From assembly GCA_030704615.1 (NCBI GenBank), contig CM060731.1:76074001-76138000 (forward strand): a stretch of 64,000 bases of DNA, given 5' to 3'. Origin of the DNA: Takakia lepidozioides (taxonomy: Eukaryota > Plantae > Bryophyta). A model generated the notes under the pieces. It was given only the letters and a program-made list of their open reading frames with translations. It did no database searches and was not told the DNA's origin. Shown here in pieces: positions 46,983 to 61,900 of the stretch. Position numbers and translations under genes: made by a program. Every line of letters begins with the position of its first letter. The first letter of the stretch is position 1.

Positions 46983-49900
46983 CTATTGGCTAGTTTTGGA
47001 AAGAGATTCGGCTGATTGTAGTTCACTTGCTCCCTTGTTACCCACAGATGAATCTACAAGTTGACCAGGGCTGGACCCGATCTCAGCGGCAGGAATCCCA
47101 TCCTGAGTTAGCCCTAGGAGCACCAGTGACGACCTGGGAGACAAGCGAGACACAAGATCAGCGATCACAGCATGTATTGTGGTTTGTGACATTTACCTAG
47201 CTACATATGAACATAGTTCATTTTAGATTCAACCCACAGGAGGAAAAAACAACAGTTCTCTTTCTTACATTAGAGGGAAGTCTTGAGATGGAAATTAACG
47301 AGTGCTGTACAAGACATTGAACAATGGAAGGAGGAAAGGAGGAGAACAGCTGGGCACCTGGGAACAGTAGAACGAACAGAAGGCTGGCTTGCATGTGTGG
47401 CCAGAGGCCCATGCAGTGTGGGATACTCCTTCAATGCATCTTCTAGCTGTGCAGTAGGTAACTGCAATATCCCAACAACACCATTACGTCTTCCAACCCC
47501 TTCCAGCGCCAGCTAAAAGATTTGCCACAGCTCTCTCCCCTTTCAATCCCTCTCTACCCTTTTGAATCCTCAGTTCTCTCTTCCCTATCCATCCCATTCA
47601 GAATCAGTCAGCCCTCGAGTTAGAATCACTTTCCCACCTGAGGCAACAATGAACTGACACAGCCAATAATCACAAGGCAGGTTAAATAATAATAGGAGTG
47701 AAACAGGTGAGCAGTCCACCTGCAGTAGCACATGGAAAGAGTGTGGTACTGTCTGATGTGCACATTTAAGGAATCCCATCCAGAGCTTTGGTAGCTTCCA
47801 AATCTGCACAGAATGTCCCCAGAAAAGTGTAATCCCTGAGAACACAATGCACAAGGTGTGTTTCCTTGAAAGATACATCAAACAAGGACTCACACCGCTT
47901 ACTTGCTTTTCTTGAATACTTACATCAAGCCCCTCAGCTGCTCAAACAACCAAGTGGAACCACATTGGACAATATCTGAAAACTGAAACAAATTTGAAAG
48001 ACAACTGGTACCTGCTTGTTGACAAGACGAAACAGAATCTCCATCACAAAGCTCACCTGCATGAAACCAAATGTTCCCTGCTTCAGCCACTTGAACAAAC
48101 TAGTGAGCTAAAATGACTGAAGGGTTTACCATAGAACAAAAGGAACCTGCGTTGAAGGTGACTGAGATTTTTGGTAAGGCAGATGACAGCTTCCATGTCC
48201 CAAACCGTGGCTTTTTTTTTAGTTTTCCAAAATCACCACAGGGCCACCTGTAAATTCTACCCAGTGCCCATGTGGCGAGAATAATGAGGTGGCAGGGTTA
48301 GAAAAGTGGCTATAAAACAGGTGAAATGTTTTAACAAGTAGGAAAAATCAGGCTCCTGATACTCAACTACTGGCGCATTCTGGCGATTTGTTTTTATTTT
48401 TACCCCCAATAATTCCTTTATAGCCAGGTCAAAATCTGGCGATTTTTCGCCAGAAAAAAAAAACACTGGTCCCAAGTGAAAGAGTTTAATAATGTAAAAC
48501 TGGAAAGTTTGCAATGTCAAGAGTGTCTTCAGCAACTGTGGCCCATGACGAAAGCATAACAAGCATGTCAAGTTAGTGCCACTTCAGTTGATTTCAGATG
48601 ACACAACACCTATGAGCTGCCAGTGCGACCCTTATCACTACTGCACTATGCTTAGAAATAGATGTTAAAAAGGGAGGGAGAGGCAGAGACAGACCAGTGT
48701 CGGAAAAGCACCAACAGCTTGGATGACTGTGCGCATGAATAGTAGCGGAAGAGGAGTCTGCTCCACCTGTTTCCCCACCTCAAAATTATATAATACATCT
48801 TGGTAATAGTCACCCATAATTGCATCAGAAACCAAAACAAATTAACATCAAAACATTTACAGAGCAATGGAGCATACTGCTCTATGACCAGACTGGAAAT
48901 GAAAGAGTCGTTACTCAGAGAAGAAACCCTGTGTTACCTACTTATGCACAGGCAGGCACAAACAACCAAACTACCAGGCTGCCTGTTGAAGTGCAGGGAG
49001 AGGGACTAACAGACAGAGGGCAGCACCAACTTAAGGAGCAACGAAAGAACGTAAGAGAACATGTTCAGGGACGGCATCAGTTTTTGGCTAATAAGATACC
49101 TAGGCCCAACCCCCATCCAGCCATCTAGGGCAAAGCACCAACCTTACCAGCTGATTCAAAACCTTCGCCAAAACCTGCTGCGTGAACACAGTACGTTGCT
49201 GCAGACACGCTGAGCATGCATCCATCACCTGCTCATCAATGTACCTCCAGTTGTTTTTCATCAAATTTCCATACCCCTTGAGCTGTTCTTATCTACAGAT
49301 TCTACTTACACACCTCAAGCCACCATTTGTTCCCCATACAAATACTTTTTGGAAGAAGTTCAATCCTGTCAGCTCTTCTGTTAGAGAGCTTGATATGCTT
49401 GTGGCTATTGTGATGCTGTCTATTGGGTTGCAGTTTGTATGGTGCTTCAATGCCGAGACCCTCAGTCATTGGCTTTGTGCCAGTACTGGCCCCTATGTTC
49501 AGCAATGGAGGGACGTCAGGGCCCCATTTCTCGACAGCTCCCTTGACAGGAGCATATCCAAATGGCTGAAATAAGGCAGTGATTGAGTAAAATGTGAGAA
49601 CGAACCTTCTTGAGAGGAACAGAGTCACGGTGAGGATCAATCCCATGCAGCGCTATTAACACTTCAGCTGGTGTTAAAGCAGGACCTGTATGTGCTGAGC
49701 CCTTCACATCTCCCCACATCAATCTCTTAGTCATTACTCTCTTGCCCTCCTCATGGTGTTGTTGGAGGTGGGGAGATAGGAGCACATCAAGATCAATATT
49801 AGTGCCTTCAATGTTATTCACGTTGACAAGCGGCCATGGAGCTCTCTCCATCTGTGCACTAGTTTGAGCTTATATAGTTTGAGATGTCTGCAGCAAGCTA

Positions 49901-52900
49901 GGCACTGGTGGCAGCTTGACTCCATGACGACAGACTGGCATCTTTGGACGTTAAATCCAGACATAGTCTAGGAGGCCTTTTAAATGTCACGCTTTTTACA
50001 ATCTCCTCATACAGGGCTGACGCAGACACCCTAAAGATGGCAACACAGAGACAAGGATAAGAAGCATGATGCTACCTGTAAAATGCGAGCAAGGGCAGCC
50101 TGAAATTTCTCTGGGGATAGGTCGACTAAGCGAGGAAAAATTGGCAAAACCTGCAACACAAACCCACCCTTGAAAATGGAGGGAAAAGCGGAAGAAATCT
50201 ATCACGTCTTGGGGATGCACATGATGGCCAATGGAACACGGTAGAACAGCCCAGTCCAACAATTTGAAATAAAACAACATCTCCAAGCAATCCCAAAAGA
50301 CTGCTGCTTCATGCAGTGGTAATGAATAGAAAAACTCAGGTCCACATTCAGGGAGTAAAGGAATCCAAACGAGACCTCATCTTTTGACAATGAGGAAAGA
50401 ATCGGTATGAGGAACCCTGCATCCTGCCATCATAAGCACAAACACACCATTATGCATCCCAGCAATTCAGGGCAACGTGCCGAGAGGGAAGATCCAGGTC
50501 ACACTTACGCAGGATAAAGCTAAATCAACTGATATACTAATGCAAGTACCATAGAATATGTCTACTAAGAAAGTCCAGCATATCTGAATATATATATAGC
50601 TTTTCATCTTTGTTCTGAGATCCAGGGCCAAGATTGGCTGTTCATCTCAAACTTGTCCGGCCAGCCCTGCCACACCAAGTCTGAAATGTAGGTTTCATAA
50701 CAAAGACAGCTCTCACAGAGTGCATGTCTGGTTGCTACATCCCTCTAAGACCCCAATGAACCAGCTGAAGGCCTAGATTCTCTTTTCATTAGACAATCAC
50801 TTACACAAAGAGAAGTTGGAAACTCCAAAAAGTTGCAGGAAAAGGGCCTCTATCTGAAACTAGTTCAAGAGAAGACAATAAAGCGAGCAGTTTCTGTCTG
50901 AAAGGACTTATGAAATGAATCAGGCAATCGTGGGAACAAAAACCTGGAGTTTGGTCTCATACAACTTCTTCACTGTTGCAATTAGCTCTGCTGATGGTTC
51001 AGTCCCCTCTGTCAAACTGTGAAGGACCTGCAACCAAGGACGCTTGGAAGTCATCCATCACACTTCACCACCATGGGCAACCACACAAATGTTTTCAATA
51101 AAGTGGTACTTCCGTGCAACAGAGGAAGAAAACTGTGATAGAGGTAAGTGCGCACCAACAGCAGAAGGGTCTCACTACCAGCAGGAGGGTCTGCTATGAG
51201 CTGCAGAAGCTCCGGTGATGACTGGCCAATTGTGCGGAACAGAATGGGAATGTGCCGGTGAACTGCCTGTTGCAAGCCATCCCTTCCTAACTTTATATCC
51301 TCTTCAATGCATCAGAACAGATTATGGATGGACTACAACATACAGCTCTGAGTCCCTCCTCTCTGTCCGCACCACTTTCCTCCAACAGTGTGATCAGTAC
51401 CACAGCCCTGTGTGCCACATCCTTCGCACATAGAGGCTAGAACACAAATACTAGCATCACCCTCATTATTTCTTGAACCACATCAATGTCAAAGCGTAAC
51501 TCCATTTCAGTTCCATTTTACCAGAGTTCTGTGAGCACAAGTGGAATGAAAACTCCGTCTGAGCCTCATATGCCTAGGTGGGTTGAAGCACCACAACTGG
51601 CACCAAAATCTGGAATTAGCATCTACAAAGATCCCAATACCTCCATCCCATTCAATCCGTGGAATGGGAGACACTAAACCCCAGGACCCAGAGGATCAAT
51701 ATCCCCCTGAAACTGTTGCCATGAAGCATATTATACACCTGCTTGAGTAAGAGAACTTTCACAACGGAAAACACCTTTCTAAACACCCTCTGGATCACAC
51801 ACCTGCTTCACAGCCCTGGAAGAACGGCCATACACCTCGAATAGTTGCCGCAACAGCACATGCTTCTGCACAACAACACACTAGATCGTTACCCTCTTTT
51901 CCACATGATTGAACCCTCCTTGACGGGCTTTTGAAGCAACAACTGACATAATTAATTTCTTCCCCACACTTCAACCTTCACAGGGTGCTCCCTCATTATC
52001 TTATTCCAGTCTAGCACCTTGGTCTTCCTGAAAGAGCAACATGGGGGGTTCAAGCTAACAGAGTAAAGGACACTCGTCTATCATGAATCAGAAGCCATCC
52101 ACTTAAACTAAGACCTTCCTAACTAACAATGAACCTGACCATGCATGTGATCTGCACAATCTCACAACATCTGCAGTACACATTTCGTTGATTCAAGTGC
52201 ATCCTTACGGCGAGACATATAAAAATGGAACACTTTGCAAGATTGATGTTACACACCTTTGTACAAAGAGCAAAGAAGAGAGACATGCAACGCTGGGCTT
52301 CTATGATTGACACAACAGGACTGCTTTTAAGGGTGACTTGCTGGCTGTCCTCTTCCACCACAGCTATGTCCATGGGTGCTACTCCGTCACCACTTCTTTG
52401 ATCACCGTTAACTGTGCCAACACTGTCAACATCCATGGGATCCCTTGTTCCTCCATCAGACGGATTTACATCAACCACCGAAAGCAGCCTCTGTGTTGCA
52501 AACTCCTCGATGCTTTGTGCCAGGTAGGGGAGTGGATAAAGTTTGTTTGCCACCTATACAGCGCCAAGAATGTCCTAGTTCATGTGATGAAATCAAGTTG
52601 AAAGACAATTTCTTCCTAATATAACCTATGTAAGTCTATGCTATTATCAACCTTAGTGTTGTATGCTTTCCAGTAGGCAAACATGTAACACAGTACCCTT
52701 CCGTACTGATTCTTCTGCTTGTGATAAATGTCCCAGCTGAATTTACTTGTCATCATACCAACTTATGTTCAAATAGATATTATCCCTCATCGACATTGAG
52801 GCTGTGCTAGCATTCATGACTTTGTACATGATGATTTTCCAAAGTTCACAAAACAACGTACAGAAGATGAAGAACAGAAGGCATCTCATACTATTCCAGT

Positions 52901-55900
52901 GATTAAAACTGTCAATCAGACTTGTCTTTTTACTGCTACCAAATAGTATTTCCTCTTCTAAGTTCATATCCACATAACATAGCCAACAGAAATAAAAGGT
53001 AGTACCAGACGAATAGCTTTGGTTCGAACATCTTCTGATTCATGCACTGCACACTGCACAAACACAACTCATGGCCGTGAAATCCAAGAAGAAAGGTTAG
53101 AAGTCACAGGGTCTTCCCAAGGATCCACTTCTGAGTCTCTCATGTCACGGGCACCTCAGGACTAAGTATTGTTATGCCCTACAGGGGATTGCAAGAGACC
53201 TTCTGTGTATTTGAGAGGGAGAAGCAATCAAATTATTACACCCACGGGACCGAGAACAAGACGAGAAAAGGAACTTATTACATCCATGGGAGGTGCAGAG
53301 TGCTTGGGGAGAGAGAGCCATATCCACACAAGCACAGGGAAGAGTGGGACCCCAACCCTAAGAGCCATTGTCAGGCAAGTGTCCCGTGTTGGTGGCCGCT
53401 GCAATATGAGACTCCAGAGAGCACTAAGGCCTTGAGTGATACGTTCCCCAGTCAGCACCTCCCCTCCACCTCCTGGATTACAAAGATCTTCCACCAGCTT
53501 CAATGATGTCATTGGCAGAAAAGGAGCTTCTCCTAAAAGTCGGCTGAGAGATTTGTCTGAAGGGGGTAGTGTATCTCTCAACCCTTCAACCTGTCAAGCA
53601 TCAATCAATTGGAAGAACCATAAGAATGTTTTTGCAGATAAACCGAGCATTATACAGGACAATCAAACATTCTGACAGCCAACCTGAAAAAACTGTTACC
53701 ATGCTACGGCTAATAAGAGTTAGGGCCTAAAGTAGAACCTGTTTTGGCTCACAATTGTGAGCATTCTCAAGAATGTATGAATCATAGTGCTCACAATCAT
53801 CCAGAGACCTTGGACAACACCCAACAAATTCCATGTGAACCAAAAAGAAGAGTTCACCAAAGCTTGGGAAAGAATAACCAAATAGAGAGGAACAAATAGA
53901 GAGGAACAAAGTACAACTATGCTGTTGAAACATGACAACTCAGAAAGTTCCTAAACCACCAGTAAAAGTTTTAATAAACGCACCACAGACAGAAGAAATT
54001 GGTCATAAGCAGCTCCTGTTTCTGCCACTGGTTCTGAGCTATCACAGGCCTGCTCTGTGTACAGCTGGTAAAGCACATGCAACGCCAACTCATGGCCCTG
54101 CACCCCACCTAAGTGTCAATGGAGCTCTGCCGTGTGGGTCTACGCTTGCTTCCTATCTTTCTGTCTTTTTCATTTCTTTCTGAGGGAAGGGGCAAAACCC
54201 CCAATAAATGTCTATTTCTCAAATAGGGGCTATGTACCTTGTGGGCCTGGTAATCTGCAAGGATGTGCTTCCGAAGAACTTCCAAGGCCTCTGTATCTTC
54301 ACATGACTGCAATGCAAAATCAAAGCAAGGTCATATTGAAGCAGATATAGACTTGTGTATGACCACAAGCTCACTTGATCACGTTAAGAATCAGAGTTTT
54401 CTAAGAAGCCACTGAAAGAATGTACTTCCAAAACGTTTGCCGTTGCCTTGTGGCCATAGACCCAGGCCACTGAACGAGAAATACAGAATGAGATAAACTT
54501 CATAACATCCACAGAAAGCTCAAAGAGCATACAAGAAAGAGACTGGGCCCTCAACAAGCAGCCTACAACAACTACTCATCAAGGGACTCTCTAAGCTGTA
54601 ACGCCCCATGCAGATATCCTGGCGAGCATTTGTGGTCCTCATAATGAAGCACCTAAGTCAGGGATTGGCTGTCTCAGAATAGGTGATAGTATCTCTATTT
54701 TTAGATTTTGCCAGCCCACCCTAAACCTTCTCAATGCCCTTAGAAGAGATGCAGATAGAATTGCAGACGACCAAGACTGTCTCCTGATGGAACTGCAGCT
54801 TTGTTGAACGATTCACTGGTTTCAGGTCCGTTAACATGAAGCTCCATCAGCCCCTGCCTGATGAGCTTGTTGCAGTCCTGTTTGGAGAAATTTCCAAACC
54901 TTCAGTATTTTGTGGCAGTAGGGAAGCCAAGGACAGTCCATGTCGCACACAGAAGTTGGAGACCCTAGCATACTTGAAACCACATTGGCCGTCATGGCTC
55001 CCTGTAGCTTTATAAATTTTCCTTCATTCTTTTTCTTCTTCCTCCCTTTGGGCCTACTCTGGAGGTAATGAAATTTTTCCTCTCTTTTTGGTTGGTGGAC
55101 ATTTTAAAGTTCCCTCCTTTCTTTCATTTTTATTTTGTCCCATAAGCTCTTTGAGCTTTCCCGCGGATGTTATAAAGTATCATTTCATTTCATGTCATTT
55201 CATCCTTGGAATATTTCCTTCTTCTCCACTTAAAGAACTACACAAGAACCAAGAGAGAAACACCAAATAGGATCACAACCTTGGGATGAAGTAGAAAGAA
55301 CAAAAAGAATATACTCAATAGACATTTCATGCAGCCTGCCATAGACCCCGCGCCCAGTTTGGGCGGAACAAAGTAGAACAAAAAGTGAGAGAGAAAAAGC
55401 ATTCATGAAACATTGTTGGCAGTAGCCTTGAGGAGAGAGAGTGTACTCATAAGATGTTTGCTGTAGCCTTGTGGCCACTGACCCCATGCCCAGTTTGAGC
55501 AGAACACAAAGGGACAGAAACTACCTTTGCAGGGGCTGACGCCAGTAGTATGACTTACCTTGAAACATGCAGAGACACAGAGAGAGAGACAGAGAGGGAC
55601 AGAGAGAGACAGAGAGTGAATTTGCACTAAACATCAAAAGCAGGGAGAGAGCTTGCCTGGGCAACTAAGCGAGCCAGTAAAGCAATACGTAGATCTCCTC
55701 CTCCAGCCGCAGCTATGGTTTTGTGACCCTCAAGTATTCGAACCAATGCTGCTTTACTCAACGTTGCTTGTTGGTCCTCTGTCAGCGCTACTACAGGGAT
55801 TGGTTGAACTGGGGCTGCGACAGTGATCCCTGCTGAAACTGCAAATGATTAAATCCGCAATGTGGTTACAATAGCTTTGAAATTCATCGAGGAGTTTGTT

Positions 55901-58900
55901 AAGAATTCAAGTTTTATCAAGTAGAAGTTTCCTGTGAGATAACACTAAAGACTTGGACCTGCCACCTGCTGTTTGACCATATTACAACAAGATCGCAGAA
56001 AGGAAACATGCAATAACATATATGAATTATATCAGAACATGAATCCAACAGACCTGAAGGGCCCCCAACAGACGATCCCCGTTGTGGATCCCGAGACAAG
56101 GCTGGGGCTGAGGTAGCAACAGAAGTGATGGGTTCAGATTTAACTGCCATAGCAGACAATGGTGTGGGGGCAGAGGACACAGATGCTGCCGGTGAAGAAC
56201 CAGGTGACAACACAGGAAGAGCTGATTGTACAGGCACTGGTTCCTCTACTGGCTCCTGCTTCACTTGGACAGGTGGCAAACCAGGTGGCCTGCTTGGAGC
56301 ATGCATATGCAAAGCTGCTCTTGGGTCTCTGATGTTCACAGCTGTGGGAACTCCCCCTTCAATCTTAACAGACACAGTCGACACTGTCTGGATGATTGCT
56401 TCACTCACAACGTGTGAAGGCCCCACCGTGTCCTCCACTTCCAGCTTTGGCATTAAAGGAGCTGTAGCACCCTCACTGGCAGCAGCACGTCGCGGGTCTA
56501 CTCGCCGTGGATCCTGGAAACCAGAAGTGATTCTTATCCAAAGTGTTCAGTTCCCCGCTTTACGTGCACTGAATGAACCATTCATTGCTTAATGTAGACT
56601 ATCTGCCCTTGCTTATCCTTCCTTTCCTCCTAAAGAAAGTCAGAGACACCTTAGCTGCAAGACCCTATTTATGCTCTGCTTAAATTGAGTGCAATGGCAA
56701 AGTTAGTTGACTGCCAGAATAGGAGTAAACCTTCCTCCAAAGAACATACCATAATGCCACACACAAAACGATATGCGTATACTACTGGGCTATAGTGAGA
56801 TACAACAGGGAGCATCTTCTTAAGCATTCTCGACATCACAAGCATTTGGACCTGGATACATCTTGTCTGAGCTCTAGCATCATTATGTATCCTGCTCTCT
56901 CTATATAGCAGACAATGACCATATATTCACAAGCTGAAATTCCCAGCAGCAAAGGTGAAACAACATATGAGCTGTACATCAAAATTCACTTCTGAAATTG
57001 TGACCACCCTCAGCTGGTACATTCTAAGCTCTGAATATCAAGGCTACCAAAGCGACTGCTTTCCACAAGACAGCCTCTACCTTAAGAGTATCTCCACTGT
57101 ATCTACTCTTAGAGGGGCTCATCAACCTAACAGACCGTTCCGCACGAACTCCTCAGAATTGGCATTGGACTTAATGTATAAGAAAAAAACATCCAGAGGA
57201 GCATCCTTGCTTTGACAAGTGCTGTCCGAGTTGTTTTGCCATTTCCTGCCTTCAAGAAGGTGAGCACAACTATGCTGTGGAATACAAGACTGCTTAGCAG
57301 CCAGCCAGAACCAAACGGACAAGAATGAAATATCACAGAGATCCATTCCTTTTGCAATTACACGAGGTAAGAAACTAGATACTTGTTTATTACGTGTCAG
57401 CTAGCATCCTTGTGACATTATGTTAGCCCTTGTGAATAAAGCACGTTTCACCGTCGAGCACTTGGACCAATGCGTCTATCACACTGGAAAATCACAAGCC
57501 AACCACACTCTCACAACTCCTAACCAACAACCCCATCGGCCAAAAAGGGCACAGTAGCAGCCAGATACCTCATCACAGCTGACTTTGAGGCACAAAGTAC
57601 ACACTAAAAACAGGTACATGAAGAGGATGTTGGCCAGAGGACTGGCAAGTACCTTACTTAAGAAAACCTTTCTCTAACCTTCAATTGATGTCATAGTGGA
57701 CTCCTTACGCAGGTTGGTGTCCGTATGAGATCATTAAAGGTCCAGTGCAGGATCCCTAAATAGCTTGCAAGTGGCCCAATACTAAGCTAAACTCAAGGCC
57801 TGGCACAACTGCAGGCTTTGCAGCCTCCAGGATACTAAGGAGTAGAACAAACATTAATTCCAGACACTCATTGTCATTCTTCTCAGACATGGCATTCATC
57901 AACTACAACATTTACTACACACTACACCCTAACACTTTGCCAGAAGATGAAAGTTAGGGGGAAGAAATAGTTTCTAAAAGAGCCCCCCCCTAGATATCTG
58001 TAGCCTAGCAGTGTCTGTTAGTGGATCAGAACCAGCGTTGTCTTCCCAAGATGGAACATGCAAGGGTAATCATTTATAACAATTGGACAGCATGCAACGC
58101 CTCAATTAGGTGACTTACACAGTTCTTGGGGCCATCCTATTGGTTTGAACCCACCGCTAACCTCCAACCAGCTTCCTGGTTTCAAACTCCCCGTTTCCGT
58201 GCTGATCTACAAGAGGCGAAAGAGTCAACTTACCCTACGTGGGTCTCGACGAACTTCAGCTGCAGGAGTTTGAGAAAAGGGTAGGATGGTCTCAGTCGTT
58301 GCAACCGAAGTTGTAGGCAGGGAAATGCTCTGTGGTGGACCAACAGGAAGAAGAGATGCCAGTCCCCCACTTGTACTGGGGCTCACCCCAGGTGGCAGAG
58401 GAGGGGGAGTAAGGGGCAAGTGCTGCATGTTCGCAATCACCACTTCTGCTAGCATGTCGGGCGTCAAACTGGACATCAGGATTTCTACTGAAGTAGCCCC
58501 CCTCTCGCCTTGTGCCACCAATGCACCAAACGCTGCTAGCAGAGGTGCTAAACTGCTGTCCTGGGCTACTCCACTTTTCGCTGAGCTGGAAACAGCTCCA
58601 CTTGAAGATGCAGAAATTCCATCTAGCTGGGAACTAGTGACTGCTGGAGTAGGTCGCATTCGTTTACCAAGAGTCTCCTCTGTATCAGATGTTTGGTTGC
58701 CATTCTCTTGAGCCATGGGTCTCTTCCGGACAGGGGTTTCCACGAGCACTGATGTGGAGACTTGTGGTGCAGCCACCTGCAAGGTCCTCTCATCCTGCAG
58801 CACCCAACAGAGCTTATTTGATATAGGGCAACAGAGCACTAATGAGAGAAGATCGAGAAACCCACAACCAATTTTTCAGGTTTGAGTCACTTGAAACACC

Positions 58901-61900
58901 TCACCCGTCCCACAGAGATATCATTGACAAAGAAGGTTCACAACTTCTACATGCCAGTCCATGAGCATCATTCTGCCCAGTAGAGCTGCCACCATCAAGA
59001 CTCCTCCTTCCAACACCAATCACATTCTCTACTTGAGGGAGAGAGAGTTAGACACAGCCATCTCCAACAGTGAACTGTTCCCTAGTAGCTGCTGGGGTGA
59101 TTAGTTTACCGCTGCAGTTCTGAACAGATACTCACCTTAACAGACCGAGGGTCTCTTGAAGCTCGGTCTCGTTCTGCAATACGTTGGGCCCTTTCCATTT
59201 GCCTGAGGGCTTGGTCAGCAACATCATCAGCATTCATGGACCGCAGTGCTGCAACCAACCGATCCCGCCACTGCAAGCATAGAGCCATGTTTTCTATATC
59301 AGTTCTTGTATAGAAACTTCTGAGAAATATAGAATTGACAAATACTAGATAAGATAACTAGCTTAATGTCACTTTAATTCCAGCTCTTCAACCATATCTA
59401 GGAACTATGAGAAACTGCAAAACATAGGACTTATGTAAGGACAACTCAGTGAAAACAGGATTTTGTTGATGTCACTCAGGTCAAAACGAAAACCAGCCCT
59501 TCATGTGTGTCAATAGGAGTTTCAGTTCCAGCCCTTTATATTTCTCTCGGGACCCGCAGTGGACAATATGTAGTTACTTTCTGTCGTTCTGTCACCTTCT
59601 CGGTCATCAGAGAAACGCTTCAGCTTGCCTTCCTATCCCCCTGCTGTCCCATGAGCCATCAGAGCCCCTTGCAGACACTATGAAGTTTCCCTCTTGCAAG
59701 TTCTTTCTCACTCTGGGGGTACTCTGAAATTAGAAGAAAGAACTTCCATCCAGTGGAGGCCCAGAGGGACCACTGGACATAATAGACCAGCACAGTAGAG
59801 CAACTGAAATCGATGAACTAGTGAGACCCCAAACATTGCATGAAAACACCATCAACTATGCAGATAGCCCTTGGGACCTCACATCTGAATTCTCCCAGGT
59901 GATACCCATGCCCTGTGTTAAGCCAAAAAAGACACTTCTGACTAGTGACAATCTCATTCTCCAAAGAACTTATTTTGGCAGTCATCTGCCTGGCAGGACC
60001 TTCCATCCTGAGCCCAGGAAAGTTCTGGATGGAGTTCCCCAATGTGACAGCCTGTAACATTCCTCACTGGGCGGTGTCAAGTGTGAACTCAGTACAAAGA
60101 GAATAACAAGGTGATTTGATTGGAGACTCCTGCACAGCACCATACGGCGTTTGCATGGAAATCGACACAGCTGCTCATCATCCAGCTAGTTTGGCACAAG
60201 ACACAGATAAAGGACATGTTTTTAAGGCCTTCATTGTTATGCCCTATTGTGTTACTTAGTGGCTGTCACCTTTTAAAGACACAAATACACAAAGAAATCT
60301 TACTCAAGAGGAAATCAAGATGTATTTTCCTTCTCTGACGAAGACAAGAATCCACTTGAGGATACGTACAGGTAAAGCTCCAGAATGAGTACACTTGAGA
60401 AGAGAAAGGAATGCAGTCTTCAGAGTGTGAATCACACTCGTGACCTGGCCTCCTTTAATTGGCTCACAATTTGGGGCAAGACCTAGCAATACTGGGAGCA
60501 CCCGACCAAACATAGATGGTCTTCGCTTTGCAATCCCTGCCAAACTGTCCATGTGTGCAATGACCCACCCCACACAGAAGATACTGGTATGAAATGACAA
60601 ACAAAAAGGCGCGGTGATTCTCAGTAATTCTCTCATTTATGCTCTTTATAAGGCAAGCAGCAGATAAGAGGCCAAAAACAACCTTCACCAAGGATGTAAC
60701 ATGGTCACCTCCACAGAAACCCTGTCTCCAGATCGGACAAATAACCATGAATGATTGCTCATACTCTCTTCTTATGCAGGGGAAGGACACTAAATATCCA
60801 TTGCAACACTTCCCAACTAGAAACAACAAGGCTGTATCGAGCATGATAGGTAGTCTAAGAATAAAATCTTTAACATTAGGGTTTCCACGATAGAAAGGGT
60901 TACTATATACAGGCTACATAGTTGCAGACAGAGACGTGGAAGAGACATTGTACTGGTGCACAGACTTTATAGTTCACAGCCACACCATGCTTGACAGAGC
61001 CAAGACTCTGTTCCACTTACTGGCCCGAGGGCATTTGGAGAAGTTAAATGCAGACTCTTCCCAACCATGTTATAGGATTCCTAGCCACTAGGCCGAGTTT
61101 GTAAGTGAGCAACAATTAGAAAAGCATTCCAATAACTGGCTATTCCTGGGTTGCTAAAAAGGAGTTGCCTCTGACTGCAGGGGAGCCAGAGAGAGAAAGA
61201 TATTTATTATGTCCACAAGACCCAAGAGACACAAGACAGAACCGTACCATAGAACCAGAAAGAAAAGAGAGACTACCAAAGTTACACACCTGTTGACAAG
61301 GACAATTGCAACTGGGCCAGGAAGGGAAGAGGACTCTGGCGCACGTAACTGATTGAGCAAAAGGCCTAGATTTTTACTAGCTTCTTGCCCTAATGCATTT
61401 GCATCCAACACTGGGTGACCTCCAGCTATCCATGCCATGTTGAAACCTTTGGTGCCACCTGGCATGAAAACCAAACAGAACTTATGAATAGGTGGACTGG
61501 CTAATGGCACATTTAGAAAACAGAAGAGGTAAATACAGTCACAGCTGAAGACAAGGAAATAAAACAGGCTGCTTCAAATTGTTCCAAGTTGCACTAAGCC
61601 ATTCATGGTTCATGAAAGTAGTAATGTGGAGCTCACCATCAGAGAACTGCTGATTCGGAGGAGGTCGAGAGGACCCATTGGGATCCGGTGTGAAGAGTAA
61701 TATTGTGGTCTCAACAAATTTGACTGCCAATAACCGTACTCCATCATTTCCATGCTGCATTCGTGTCAAAAAGACCAAGCACCCAAAGCTTCACTTGCCA
61801 ACCTTCATTCAGTTTCGGAAATCTGTAAAACTTTGTAACTCTTACATACACTGCCTCTCCCCTCCTTGCCCACAACACGAAAGGGCACCTCCTCCCCAAT

